The notes below the pieces were generated by a model. It was not told where the DNA came from, made no database searches, and saw only the letters and a program-made list of their open reading frames with translations. A DNA stretch of 64,000 nucleotides from positions 496,001 through 560,000 of the forward strand of contig VJWM01000119.1 of NCBI GenBank assembly GCA_010909165.1, written 5' to 3'. The position numbers were made by a program, and so were the translations under genes. This DNA is from Anthoceros angustus (taxonomy: Eukaryota > Plantae > Anthocerotophyta). This document shows positions 49,501 through 63,005 of the stretch, piece by piece; the first letter of the stretch is position 1, and every line of letters begins with the position of its first letter.

Positions 49501-52500
49501 ACCCCGAGGATTCTTTCTGAGAGATGACAGCGGTGACCCAGGATACTTGCTGCTGCTGACGTAGAATTCTTCGCTGTTTGACATGGATGGCCTCAGGCGG
49601 TCGAGAAGCTCCACCAGCAGGCCTTCATCCCAAGGATTCCGTGGCTTCGGAGTAGTAATATCACCACCACTGTTTCGCCGGTGGCAGATTGGTTTCGCCA
49701 GTTCCGCCGCAAGGTTTCCCGCGAAAATGGCATACCTGCTTCAAGTTAGTCGACTTTCTTCATCAAGTCAGGGTTTTGCGAGCGTGAACCGGGCGCGGCA
49801 GCGATCACACTTGCCTCGGCCGGGCTGGCGGACGGCGGGGGTAATCCATCGTGAAGACCCTCATCTGCCGTCTCGATGGTGATTGCTGCTTCTTCCCTGT
49901 TTCATTCAAGCTGTGCGATTTGGCTGGGCTCGTCTTCTGCACCTTGAGCACAACCTCCTCGTCCTCCTCGTAGTCGTCTGCCAGATAAACCTGGGCAAAG
50001 GATCCCTGGCCTGCGCAGCTCTTGATGTAGTATCCTCTGCCTTCTAATTCCAGTGTCCTACCCCGAGGATTCTTTCTGAGAGATGACAGCGGTGACCCAG
50101 GATACTTGCTGCTGCTGACGTAGAATTCTTCGCTGTTTGACATGGATGGCCTCAGGCGGTCGAGAAGCTCCACCAGCAGGCCTTCATCCCAAGGATTCCG
50201 TGGCTTCGGAGTAGTAATATCACCACCACTGTTTCTTTCCTCCTTCCTACTCTGTACTTCAAGCTTGAGAGAACCGCGATGTGCATTGTTCTCCTTCTCG
50301 CTCTCCAGCATTGCCACCGAGGGGGATGGGGCAAGGTTCTCATCCTGGAACACCATTGGCTCTGCAGCACCTCCTTCAATCCTGTAACCAGGTTGGCTGC
50401 GACTACTACCACCACTGAGCTTTATGGAACCAAGTTCCTCATCCATGAACTCCTGCAAACTCTGCTTACCATCGCTCAACCTGAATTCAGAAACTTGCGC
50501 AGGCAGTTTGATGTGGGTGCTTTGCTGTTGATCTTGCAGCTGGTGGAGCTGAAAAATGGGGAGACTTATAACGGACACCTTGTTAATTGCGACACCTGGA
50601 TGAATATACATTTGCGGAGGTTATTTGTACTTCTAAGGTGAGAGAAACCCTAGTATTTTTATGTGCGTTCGGTGAGATAAGATGACGTTCCTCTGGAGGG
50701 CAATAGGACTGAGGGATCTGTAGTGTTGTGATTAAGCACGATAAGTAGAATCTAAGGTGTCTGATGCGAGCTCTATTGGCTCTGAAATGTAAGCTTGCGT
50801 TGTAGGATGGAGACCGCTTTTGGAGGATGCCGGAGTGTTACATACGTGGTAATACTATCAAATACCCATGAGTTCCAGATGAGGTGCGTGCGCTACTCCA
50901 TTGTTCCTTCAGGTTTTGTTTTGCTTTTGTTTTGAGGGTGTGCTGTGGGACTTATGCATTTCCTGCCATGTGGGCTTTGCCGTCTTCTCTGTTTGTAACT
51001 TTTCCGTCATGCTCCTACGTTGCAGGTCATTGACAAAGTTCAGGAAGAGACTGTGAGGAGATCTGGTGAGGTTCTTCCATGCCTTCAGCTTGTGGCTTGT
51101 TTTTCTCATTGTGGTGGTCTGTAGCCTATCAGCCGACACTGAAAGTTGGACTTCATTGACAAACAGACCGTAAACCAATAATTGGAGGTCGTGGACGGGG
51201 AGAGGGAGAGGTGACGATCCTATAGGGAGAGGTGCTGGCAGAGGTGGTGGGGGCCTGGTGCTGGTGGAAGAGGAGGTGGACGAGGATATGGAGAAGACAA
51301 CAGTGGGGGTAGAGGTGGTGGGGGCAGAGGCGCTCGTGGACCTGGGAGGGGCGGTGGAGGAAGAGGTATTTGTCTAGTAACTCTATTCATGGTTGCTCGC
51401 ACCTCCTTCAATCCTGTAACCAGGTTGGCTGCGACTACTACCACCACTGAGCTTTATGGAACCAAGTTCCTCATCCATGAACTCCTGCAAACTCTGCTTA
51501 CCATCGCTCAACCTGAATTCAGAAACTTGCGCAGGCAGTTTGATTGGTGACACCTCCGGCGGCAGAGAAGCGCCCGCCTGTTGTTGCCCACCTTCAAGGA
51601 GACTCTGTTTACCATCTCCCCTGCCTCCTGTCACCTCTGCCATCTCCTCTTCAAACTTCAAGCACCTTGGCAGCTCATGCTCAACATACACCTTCTGGTT
51701 CTCCTTCCGTCTGCTAGGAAGCAGACACTTGCACCTGGCCAGGTCTACTCGACTTCACATCCTTGCCCAACGTCCCCCATTCTCCCTCAAACTCTTCGTC
51801 CATATACACCTGCAAGCCCTGTCCCTTGTCTCCTCTTTTCAAGTCCACAACGCCGCCCAGCTTTCGAAGACGGCACAGCCACCTTCCTCGTACTCCTCTG
51901 GGCAAGCTCATCATCCACATACACCTGGAATCCTTGCTTCTTCTCCCAGCTTTCAAGCTCTTCCTCGAAGACGAGATCCCTGTGGCTGGCTTGCCTTCCC
52001 TGCTGACCTCACATTCTGCCCGCCCTTAGCCACACTTTGCCCTCCAAGCTCTTCATCCACATAAACCTGGAACCCAGTTTTGATTTCATCCCCAAACTTC
52101 AACGCCCTCGGCAAATCCTTACTCGCCTTTGACACACTCTTCCCACTAAGCTCCTCGTCCATGTAGATCTGAAACACTTGCTTCCCACCCCTCCCATTCC
52201 CTCCCCCCACATTCTGACTCCCAAAAACTCCCCCCATCTTCCTGCTCGCCTGAGCGTCACCATTAGTCCGCCTCTTCCTCTCACAAGGCAAGTCACTCTG
52301 AAACATGGAGATGATATCATCCATAGCCTCCTTGGTATTGATGGTAGGATCAACAAGACCCCGGTGCTGAGCAGCCGTCCCAACCTCCGGATCGACCCCC
52401 AATATAATAGCCTCCTGCGCTATCCTCCTGATGGCCATAGTCTCCTCCCCATTTCCAGACCCCACCATCCCTTCAACCACAGATCCACCACCGACACCCA

Positions 52501-52731
52501 CACCCTTCCTCCCACCCGACCTATCCTCCCCAGTCTGCCCTCCTCCTCCTCCTCCTTCTCCTTCCCTTCCACCTCCATCAGGAAGCTTGCGTCGAGGAAG
52601 TCTCTGTTTTTACAATGTGACTCCTTCAGGCCTCTTATGGAGCCTGGGAGCTCCCTAATTGAATTGAAGTATGGCCTATGTATTTGGATAGCCAGACGTT
52701 TGCACTCCGACCAATTTACAATGCTTCCCAT

Positions 52732-55700
52732 TCAAGATCGTTTGAACATCATCAGGTTTTGCGACATTAGAAGCTCGGACAATCTCCTGATCAGCGGCGG
52801 GTTGCTGGTAAGGTAATCTTCGAAGGCCTTGCGAATGGGTCCTAGTGGCGGGTTACTATCACAGTTATCGACATTTAGCAGGGTATCAAACAGGTTCTTC
52901 CAGAGCTCCACATTCCAATACCTTTTGTAGGCTGCTTTGGGCTGGTATGTAGGACGAGAAGCAGCAGAATTGGGAACAGTCTTCACCTCCAAGTAGCTAC
53001 CATGCAGGAGGCAGTGTGCCACAACACACAAACCATAGGTGTCGATCTGGAAAGTCCATGGCCTCTCCTCCAGCATTTCAGTGCACCTGAAGGCTTCTGT
53101 CCGGCAGTCGGCAAGGAAGCTGGTTCCAGGTGGGAAGAGGGAGAGGTCTATGCTTCGACCCCAGTCGATCAAGCAGAGGCCCTCGTGCTGCCAGCAACCT
53201 GGTCTGTCAGCGCTCCAGTTCTGGAAACTCTCGTTGTGCCTGCGGATGAGCAGGTTATCTGGCTTGAAGTCCCCGTGGATGAGCCCAGCTGCGTGCAGGT
53301 TCTCCAGCATGCGTAACATTTCTATGGTATAGAAGATGCACAGGATCTCATGCATCTTTTCCCCTTTGGCCAGGTACGCATTAACCACGTCCTGCAGCGT
53401 CCCATGTTCTCCATACTTGCACACCATGATGCTGTAGTCGGAGTAGCAGTGCATCTGTGGCGTGGCCGAAGCTGTCCCTCTCCTTGGCAGGAATGCGGGT
53501 AGCCACTTGGGAGTAGATGTAGAACTCCCAAGGCCAGCATGGCTTCTGCACCTTGAGCACAACCTCCTCGTCCTCCTCGTAGTCGTCTGCCAGATAAACC
53601 TGGGCAAAGGATCCCTGGCCTGCGCAGCTCTTGATGTAGTATCCTCTGCCTTCTAATTCCAGTGTCCTACCCCGAGGATTCTTTCTGAGAGATGACAGCG
53701 GTGACCCAGGATACTTGCTGCTGCTGACGTAGAATTCTTCGCTGTTTGACATGGATGGCCTCAGGCGGTCGAGAAGCTCCACCAGCAGGCCTTCATCCCA
53801 AGGATTCCGTGGCTTCGGAGTAGTAATATCACCACCACTGTTTCTTTCCTCCTTCTCCTTCCTCCCCACCTCCATCAGGAAGCTTGATCACCGGAGACCT
53901 GTTCAGCCAATCCAACACCGCCACACCCTTACTCACCACCCCAACTCCCCGAACAGCCTCACTATCCAATCCATTCTTCTCCCTCTCCCTCTCCTTCTCC
54001 ACCCCTTTCCTCCACCCCATCATCCGCACCTCCTCAAAGCTCCTCTCCACCCCATCCTCCCCGACAGTCTCCAACCTATACCCCCGCTCCTCCCTCAGCA
54101 CCCCACCCCCCGAATCTCCCTCATCCGCAAAATGCTGCAACGGATTCCTCCTCAACCCCTCCTCCCTCCTCACCCCAACGTCATCATGCCTCAACCTCAA
54201 CGTCGCCGGCACCACCTTCCTCCCCATTCCCACTCCCTTCCCCTGAGCTCCTCATCCATGAACTCCTGCAAACTCTGCTTACCATCGCTCAACCTGAATT
54301 CAGAAACTTGCGCAGGCAGTTTGATTGGTGACACCTCCGGCGGCAGAGAAGCGCCCGCCTGTTGTTGCCCACCTTCAAGGAGACTCTGTTTACCATCTCC
54401 CCTGCCTCCTGTCACCTCTGCCATCTCCTCTTCAAACTTCAAGCACCTTGGCAGCTCATGCTCAACATACACCTTCTGGTTCTCCTTCCGTCTGCTAGCC
54501 TTGGAAGCAGACACTTGCACCTGGCCAGGTCTACTCGACTTCACATCCTTGCCCAACGTCCCCCCATTCTCCCCTCCAAACTCTTCGTCCATATACACCT
54601 GCAAGCCCTGTCCCTTGTCTCCTCTTTTCAAGTCCACAACGCCCGCCCCAGCTTTCGAAGACGGCACAGCCACCTTCCTCGTACTCCTCTGGGCAAGCTC
54701 ATCATCCACATACACCTGGAATCCTTGCTTCTTCTCCCCAGCTTTCAAGCTCTTCCTCGAAGACGAGATCCCCTGTGGCTGGCTTGCCTTCCCTGCTGAC
54801 CTCACATTCTGCCCGCCCTTAGCCACACTTTGCCCTCCAAGCTCTTCATCCACATAAACCTGGAACCCAGTTTTGATTTCATCCCCAAACTTCAACGCCC
54901 TCGGCAAATCCTTACTCGCCTTTGACACACTCTTCCCACTAAGCTCCTCGTCCATGTAGATCTGAAACACTTGCTTCCCACCTCCCCATTCCCTCCCCAC
55001 ATTCTGACTCCCAAAACTCCCCCATCTTCCTGCTCGCCTGAGCGTCACCATTAGTCCGCCTCTTCCTCTCACAAGGCAAGTCACTCTGAAACATGGAGAT
55101 GATATCATCCATAGCCTCCTTGGTATTGATGGTAGGATCAACAAGACCCCGGTGCTGAGCAGCCGTCCCAACCTCCGGATCGACCCCCAATATAATAGCC
55201 TCCTGCGCTATCCTCCTGATGGCCATAGTCTCCTCCCCATTTCCAGACCCCACCATCCCTTCAACCACAGATCCACCACCGACACCCACACCCTTCCTCC
55301 CACCCGACCTATCCTCCCCAGTCTGCCCTCCTCCTCCTCCTCCTTCTCCTTCCCTTCCACCTCCATCAGGAAGCTTGATCACCGGAGACCTGTTCAGCCA
55401 ATCCAACACCGCCACACCCTTACTCACCACCCCAACTCCCCGAACAGCCTCACTATCCAATCCATTCTTCTCCCTCTCCCTCTCCTTCTCCACCCCTTTC
55501 CTCCACCCCATCATCCGCACCTCCTCAAAGCTCCTCTCCACCCCATCCTCCTGACAGTCTCCAACCTATACCCCCGCTCCTCCCTCAGCACCCCACCCCC
55601 CGAATCTCCCTCATCCGCAAAATGCTGCAACGGATTCCTCCTCAACCCCTCCTCCCTCCTCACCCCAACGTCATCATGCCTCAACCTCAACGTCGCCGGC

Positions 55701-57105
55701 ACCACCTTCCTCCCCTCCCCATTCCCACTCCCCTTCCCCCTGAGCTCCTCATCCACGAAAACCTCCAACACCTGTTGCTGCTGCTGCAGTCAGTGTGGGA
55801 GAGGGGTTTTTGGTTGTCACTGGAATGTGGGTGTTGAGAGGCAGGATGTGCGCTTTTTTTGTTGCCTGGCAGGGATGGGGGCTTTGTATGGAGGAAACCC
55901 GGATTGTGCCCAATGTTGTCACATCTGCATACACCGAGTTTCTTCTGGCAACGGCTGCTGGGCAGGCCTCGGATGTTGGGGGCGGAGATGGAGAGAGGGG
56001 TTTTTCGAGTCCTGTGGAGAAAGGGAGATTGGCAGCGTTTACAATTGCTGCCATGACGCCGTGCATGCGGTTGTATGCCTTCCTGGGGAAAGGGATTCGG
56101 GATAGCATTACGGCTGGTGGACAGGAGAACATTTATAGAGACTGGATTGAAGCATACTCTTCTGACAGTTTCCAGGTGTGCTATGGGGAGCTCGGTAATG
56201 TCTATGGCTGGTATGTAGGGACGGTCACGTTGTGAAGAAAGTCGTTTGATTGCTGTAATGCTGTGTTTTGCAGAGTGCTGCAGTGCGGATTGAGCAGCTG
56301 TTGGACAGGCTTGCCACAGTTTGCACAGGGAGGATTATGAAGCTATGGAAAGGTTTTACCGCCGGGCTATGGTTCTTGAGGTGGCCTTCTTCAACGCACA
56401 GCCTTTTGTGAGGGCCTGCTTGGAGCGCCGTACCTCAAGGCTGCGTCTACTGAATCTGCTGCACATCACCAGTGCATCCTAGTTTCTGATTTTGACTCAA
56501 CGTGTACCGTCGCTGACTCGTGCCCGATTTTGGCAGAACTGACCATCTCCGCTGCTGGCGCTTGTGCCGCCGGTCCATCCTTTCCAGGAAGCTTCTGTAC
56601 ATGTTCTGCAGGCGGGGAGCGGCTGCGCCTGCCTGGCCACACCCAGCTGGTACTCATCGTTGGCCTGGGCGAAGCAGCGGCGGCTCTCGAGGAAGGTGGC
56701 GTGGGCCTCGTACAGCAGGGCGTGGGAATGCCCGATCCCGTTCGCCTCCAGGAAGGCGAAGATGTCGCCCGGGTCGGGGCAGGAGTCCGCGTACTGCACC
56801 CAGACCGTGAGGTAGCGCTTGTCGTCCTTGTAGCGCGCGTCCGCCTTGAATGCGCGCGCGCACTGCTCCAGCAGGGACAGCAGCTGCGGGCCTCCGGACG
56901 GGTGCGATTCCTTGGCCCAGCGGATGGCCCGCAGCCAGGGCCGCAGAGGGTCCTCCCCGCTGTAGGTCTCGATCTCCGCCATCGCCCGCCGCCTCTGCTC
57001 TTCCAGCTCGTCTCCCTTGGTGTGCAGCGCCCGGCTCAGCGCGGCCGCGTCCCGCCCCTTCCTCTGCGGCTGCACGTTCTCCTTGCTCACCTCCCACTCC
57101 TCCAT
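52732..57105 (-). CDS. BUB1: MadBub/BUB1-type spindle checkpoint kinase (KEN, TPR, CD1, ABBA repeats, kinase), apparently intronless; fragmented and duplicated by the scramble
   Basis: MEEWEVSKENVQP..GR, YSGEDPLRPW, YKDDKRYL, GIG..HALLYE, DPTINTKEAMDDIISMF, NPWDE, GQGSFAQVY, WEFYIY, IHGDFKPDNLL, LIDWGRSID. Additional pieces lie at 47393-47740, 48900-50510 and 51400-52585. Confidence 0.88.
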
Positions 57106-58366
57106 CGCGCGTGTGCTGAGACGTCTCGATCGCGTCTCGACCGTCTCGATCGGAGTGGAGGCGGGGGCGACGCGTCTCAGAGTTCTGGCATTGTGGATCT
57201 CCGGGCTCAAGCGCTGGGCCGGGCTGGGCTGGGCGAGGAGGAGCGGGAAGGAGAGGGAGTTTGAAGTGAAAGCCAATGCACGGGTCGACTCCAGAGTACT
57301 ACGAGGACTGAAGCTCAGAGAGGTACATGAGGCAGGCCGCCCCTCCGGCCAGGATGTCAAGGGCTCTTGCAGAGAGTCAGGAGGACAACCAAGTGGCTCT
57401 CCACATTCTGTCAGTCTGCTGGAGCCAGAGTTTTCTGGAAGGGGCGTTGCAACAAGAAGGTCCCCACCATAGCCATGCTGCTGCTCTCAAAAGTTCTCCT
57501 CCCTCCTGTATGTCGGTCTGGGTTCACGGTTCCTGCATCTAATCCGTCGATGTTGTCAACAGGTGTGGACTCTTGAGGATATACTGCAATGACCTCCAAG
57601 CCAGTGACCATGTGTCTGATGGCACCTTGATAAGCCGAGTGCAACACGCACTGGACAAGGAGAGAATTTTCGACCAGATTGTGCACGCAGCACGGCCTTC
57701 TTCTGCCAGTCCCAAGGAGCTTTCGGTGGTTTATGTTGGAGACAGCGTCACAGATCTGCTCTGCCTACTCAAGGCCGATGTGGGAATTGTTTTGGGGGAT
57801 AGTTCCACGTTGCACAGGTTTGCAAGTGCCTTTGGAGTGAAAATCCGACCTTTGCTGTCTTCAGCATTGCGAAGGGAGACGGCGAACGGGGAGGTTGATG
57901 AGAAAACCATTTTCACTGCCCGGGACTGGCACGAGGTGCAAGCTTTTCTGTGGGGTGACTAGGTGGAAGTTCTTGGAATTAACTTCAATAGTTTTTGTTT
58001 GTTCTATTATCGAACTGAAGTGTAAGGTAGCCTCTATCATGGTTAACGCCTAAAGGACGAACTACTCAAATTGAGTGGTTGTCAGTGCACTTTGGGGTGT
58101 GGGATTTTTCTACGTCGATTCTTCATCTCGGACCTTTGAGCAAATCTCCATACCCATCGTTCAACATGTGGAGAACACCCTCTCCATGCCCATCGGTACG
58201 AGATTCCTGAAAGCTAATCTGAATGAAAACCGAGGGCCTTAGTGTGAGTGAACGGCCGAATTGTTAGTAAATTCGAATCGGCATATTCTCGACCCCGATT
58301 GTTGTGAATTTTTGTGAGGATGTTCATGGCCTTTGCCAGTCGGGGCAGAGGGACGTGGCTTGCGTG

Positions 58367-61300
58367 ATGGAGGGAAGAGGGGTGTGCTTGTCGCAGAAGT
58401 TGTGGGAGGGATGCAGGAAAGAGGCTGCGTTGGCGCTGTACAGTCCCTTTGTGCTCGCCTTGGCTGCGGGGAAGGTGGAGAAGGGGGCGTTTCAGGGATA
58501 CATTGCGCAGGATGTGTTTTTTCTGGCTGCGTTTTCCAAGGCGTGAGTGATGGGGATCGGGTGGATGGTTGTGGGGTGACTAGGTGGAAGTTCTTGGAAT
58601 TAACTTCAATAGTTTTTGTTTGTTCTATTATCGAACTGAAGTGTAAGGTAGCCTCTATCATGGTTAACGCCTAAAGGACGAACTACTCAAATTGAGTGGT
58701 TGTCAGTGCACTTTGGGGTGTGGGATTTTTCTACGTCGATTCTTCATCTCGGACCTTTGAGCAAATCTCCATACCCATCGTTCAACATGTGGAGAACACC
58801 TCTCCATGCCCATCGGTACGAGATTCCTGAAAGCTAATCTGAATGAAAACCGAGGGCCTTAGTGTGAGTGAACGGCCGAATTGTTAGTAAATTCGAATCG
58901 GCATATTCTCGACCCCGATTGTTGTGAATTTTTGTGAGGATGTTCATGGCCTTTGCCAGAACTCCGCGATAAAAGTTTGCTCAATCCAAGTCTTTGCCAC
59001 GTTCCTTCCTCGAGGAAAATGCTCCTCCATCTCACCCTAAGCATGAAGTGCTACAGAGCATTAGAAATTTGTAGAAGGGGCGTATGAGACCCTGTCTTTT
59101 TCAAAAACGGATGAGCGGATGCAACTCTGCATACTGATAATTGTGGGAGTAGAGTCACCATATTTTTTTTGTATCTAGATATACATAAATAACTAAAATT
59201 CAGCCCAAAACTCAGAAAACAGGCTTCATCCTTTGAGGGTTAATCTCGAAAGGGCCAAGGCCAAGGATTGGATTCAGGGTTTTGCAGCGTGCTGTGGATT
59301 CGGAGTTGGAGATGCACTCCTCGTATGCGCAGGTTATGGGCTGGGCTGGGCTGCTGCAGTCAGTGTGGGAGAGGGTTTTGGTTGTCAGTGCACTTTGGGG
59401 TGTGGGATTTTTCTACGTCGATTCTTCATCTCGGACCTTTGAGCAAATCTCCATACCCATCGTTCAACATGTGGAGAACACCTCTCCATGCCCATCGGTA
59501 CGAGATTCCTGAAAGCTAATCTGAATGAAAACCGAGGGCCTTAGTGTGAGTGAACGGCCGAATTGTTAGTAAATTCGAATCGGCATATTCTCGACCCCGA
59601 TTGTTGTGAATTTTTGTGAGGATGTTCATGGCCTTTGCCAGAACTCCGCGATAAAAGTTTGCTCAATCCAAGTCTTTGCCACGTTCCTTCCTCGAGGAAA
59701 ATGCTCCTCCATCTCACCCTAAGCATGAAGTGCTACAGAGCATTAGAAATTTGTAGAAGGGGCGTATGAGACCCTGTCTTTTCAAAAACGGATGAGCGGA
59801 TGCAACTCTGCATACACCGAGTTTTCTTCTGGCAACGGCTGCTGGGCAGGCCTCGGATGTTGGGGGCGGAGATGGAGAGAGGGGTTTTTCGAGTCCTGTG
59901 GAGAAAGGGAGATTGGCAGCGTTTACAATTGCTGCCATGACGCCGTGCATGCGGTTGTATGCCTTCCTGGGGAAAGGGATTCGGGATAGCATTACGGCTG
60001 GTGGACAGGAGAACATTTATAGAGACTGGATTGAAGCATACTCTTCTGACAGTTTCCAGGTGTGCTATGGGGAGCTCGGTAATGTCTATGGCTGGTATGT
60101 AGGGACGGTCACGTTGTGAAGAAAGTCGTTTGATTGCTGTAATGCTGTGTTTTGCAGAGTGCTGCAGTGCGGATTGAGCAGCTGTTGGACAGGCTTGCCA
60201 CAGTTTGCACAGGGGAGGATTATGAAGCTATGGAAAGGTTTTACCGCCGGGCTATGGTTCTTGAGGTGGCCTTCTTCAACGCACAGCCTTTTTGTGAGGG
60301 CCTGCTTGGAGCGCCGTACCTCAAGGCTGCGTCTACTGAATCTGCTGCACATCACCAGTGCATCCTAGTTTCTGATTTTGACTCAACGTGTACCGTCGCT
60401 GACTCGTGCCCGATTTTGGCAGAACTGACCATCTCCGCTGCTGAAGTAGCAGAGTCTGAAGGACTGAGAGGCAAATGGAATGACCTGATTGAACAGTATG
60501 CAAAGCAGTATCAGGAGCTTATGGACAAAATTCTAGCCTCCAGGCAAGGTACATGGATACATCTGACCTGAGAACGCCAGTGGTCCATGCACCTTCTGGC
60601 TCAACTAATGCTTAAAAGGGAATGTGATTCCTACAGGCCTCGAGACAAACTATGACTACGAGGATGTTCGTTCAGCTCTAGCACTACTATCTGAGTTTGA
60701 AGTGAAAGCCAATGCACGGGTCGTCGACTCCAGAGTACTACGAGGACTGAAGCTCAGAGAGGTACATGAGGCAGGCCGACGCATGCCCCTCCGGCCAGGA
60801 TGTCAAGGGCTCTTGCAGAGAGTCAGGGAGGACAACCAAGTGGCTCTCCACATTCTGTCAGTCTGCTGGAGCCAGAGTTTTCTGGAAGGGGCGTTGCAAC
60901 AAGAAGGTCCCCACCATAGCCATGCTGCTGCTCTCAAAAGTTCTCCTCCCCTCCTGTATGTCGGTCTGGGTTCACGGTTCCTGCATCTAATCCGTCGATG
61001 TTTGTCAACAGGTGTGGACTCTTCGAGGATATACTGCAATGACCTCCAAGCCAGTGACCATGTGTCTGATGGCACCTTGATAAGCCGAGTGCAACACGCA
61101 CTGGACAAGGAGAGAATTTTCGACCAGATTGTGCACGCAGCACGGCCTTCTTCTGCCAGTCCCAAGGAGCTTTCGGTGGTTTATGTTGGAGACAGCGTCA
61201 CAGATCTGCTCTGCCTACTCAAGGCCGATGTGGGAATTGTTTTGGGGGATAGTTCCACGTTGCACAGGTTTGCAAGTGCCTTTGGAGTGAAAATCCGACC

Positions 61301-61412
61301 TTTGCTGTCTTCAGCATTGCGAAGGGAGACGGCGAACGGGGAGGTTGATGAGAAAACCATTTTCACTGCCCGGGACTGGCACGAGGTGCAAGCTTTTCTG
61401 TGGGGTGACTAG
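58367..61412 (+). CDS. TH2: Bifunctional TenA-HAD thiamine monophosphate phosphatase (TH2-like); one exon is complete only at 55873-56175
   Basis: ALYSPFVLALAAG..F..YIAQDVFFL, ELEMH, AAMTPCMRLYAFLG, YRDWIEAYSS, LEVAFF, HAD motif SDFDSTCTVADS, VYVGDSVTDLLCLLKADVGIV. The N-terminus is disrupted and the start is uncertain. Confidence 0.85.
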
Positions 61413-62876
61413 GTGGAAGTTCTTGGAATTAACTTCAATAGTTTTTTGTTTGTTCTATTATCGAACTGAAGTGTAAGGTAGCCTCTATCATGGTTAACGC
61501 CTAAAGGACGAACTACTCAAATTGAGTGGTTGTCAGTGCACTTTGGGGTGTGGGATTTTTTCTACGTCGATTCTTCATCTCGGACCTTTGAGCAAATCTC
61601 CATACCCATCGTTCAACATGTGGAGAACACCCTCTCCATGCCCATCGGTACGAGATTCCTGAAAGCTAATCTGAATGAAAACCGAGGGCCTTAGTGTGAG
61701 TGAACGGCCGAATTGTTAGTAAATTCGAATCGGCATATTCTCGACCCCCGATTGTTGTGAATTTTTGTGAGGATGTTCATGGCCTTTGCCAGAACTCCGC
61801 GATAAAAGTTTGCTCAATCCAAGTCTTTGCCACGTTCCTTCCTCGAGGAAAATGCTCCTCCATCTCACCCTAAGCATGAAGTGCTACAGAGCATTAGAAA
61901 TTTGTAGAAGGGGCGTATGAGACCCTGTCTTTTTCAAAAACGGATGAGCGGATGCAACTCTGCATACTGATAATTGTGGGAGTAGAGTCACCATATTTTT
62001 TTTGTATCTAGATATACATAAATAACTAAAATTCAGCCCAAAACTCAGAAAACAGGCTTCATCCTTTGAGGGTTAATCTCGAAAGGGCCAAGGCCAAGGT
62101 TTTGCAAGAAACTCGTGTACCCACATATTTTGATTTTTTTTTTACAGTTAATTTTTTTAACAAGTTTTTTGCAACCGTATAGGTGTATAAGTAGTATGAT
62201 AAGCTCACCAAGAAACCTTTTCTTCAAGTTATAGGTTGTGTTAGATTTCGGGGGAGATATTAGGTTGGCTTCCATTGGGTTGGATATCGGGTTGGCTTCC
62301 ATTAACCCTTTGCCTTCACATGACATGTGAATGTGACACCGTCCGCACCCAGCTTTCACATTAACCCCAAATGACGGAAAGTCCCAAATTGGAACTTTTC
62401 ATCGACCTAGTGGACTCAAATAAAATTCTTCTTCTTCTTCTTCTACAACCCCCATCGATGTTGGCTAGATTCTAATTTTACAGCCTCACATAGGTTTTCG
62501 CGTGTGATTGACAACTCGGCAACTCCTCATATAAAGTGTCCTCACGGGCTCGAGACCCATTTTGTAACATAGTGTCTAGGGTAAGTTTAAAAAAGAAAGT
62601 ATATATATATAATACAAGATGAAAAACTTGTAGAATAGTAGTAAAAACATCTGTAAAACTGCAAAATAGAAAATAGAGCCCCAAGGTAGGAAACATAGCC
62701 CCAAGATAGAAAATAGAGTCCTATGATAAAAAAACAAAGCCCTCAAGTAAAACCAATGCCCCTAGAGTAAAAAATAGAGACACAAGGTAGAAAATTAAAC
62801 TGCAGCATAAACATGCCTGTAAAACACAGAGGATAAAAACATACAAACTGAAAGAACTCTTACAACATCATCTCGA

Positions 62877-63005
62877 GCCCAATAATGCTGGACAAGGAGA
62901 CTGAGAAGTAGACGCCTAGTACGTGGGCTGTGGGTCGTCGAAATGCCCAATAATGCTGGACAAGGAGACTGAGAAGTAGACGCCTAGTACGTGGGCTGCG
63001 GGTCG
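62877..63005. repeat. 68 bp-period two-copy tandem duplication
   Basis: GCCCAATAATGCTGGACAAGGAGACTGAGAAGTAGACGCCTAGTACGTGGGCTG at 62877 and 62945. Confidence 0.9.

Larger units (their letters stand above)
35618..59815. other. Scrambled multi-copy patchwork of fragments from 32650-62098 joined at short microhomologies
   Basis: More than 30 same-strand junctions, e.g. CTAAAATTG 35618, GCATACCTGC 43398 and 44307, TACCTGATT 46525 and 47042, AGCATTTCAG 47733 and 48902, TCTGCATAC 59807. Confidence 0.93.

Noticed and set aside
48571-49614. 347 aa BUB1 kinase-MnSOD fusion ORF
   Set aside because: It is created by the AGCATTTCAG junction (48902) inside the scramble and reads through the MnSOD leader, so it is not evidence of a novel fusion protein.
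49805-50611. Chimeric ORF joining LSM4 antisense and BUB1 sequence
   Set aside because: It is bounded by the scramble junctions CAGTTTGAT and CTTCTGCAC.
11997-57105. Functional cell-cycle cluster (CYCB, ASHR3-like, BUB1)
   Set aside because: The genes are interspersed with unrelated housekeeping genes and I saw no shared regulatory signature beyond CYCB; chance is sufficient.
40863-61412. Tandem gene-family expansion of MnSOD, LSM4, BUB1 and TH2
   Set aside because: The copies are partial, near-identical and differ mainly by homopolymer indels; they reconstruct to one gene each.
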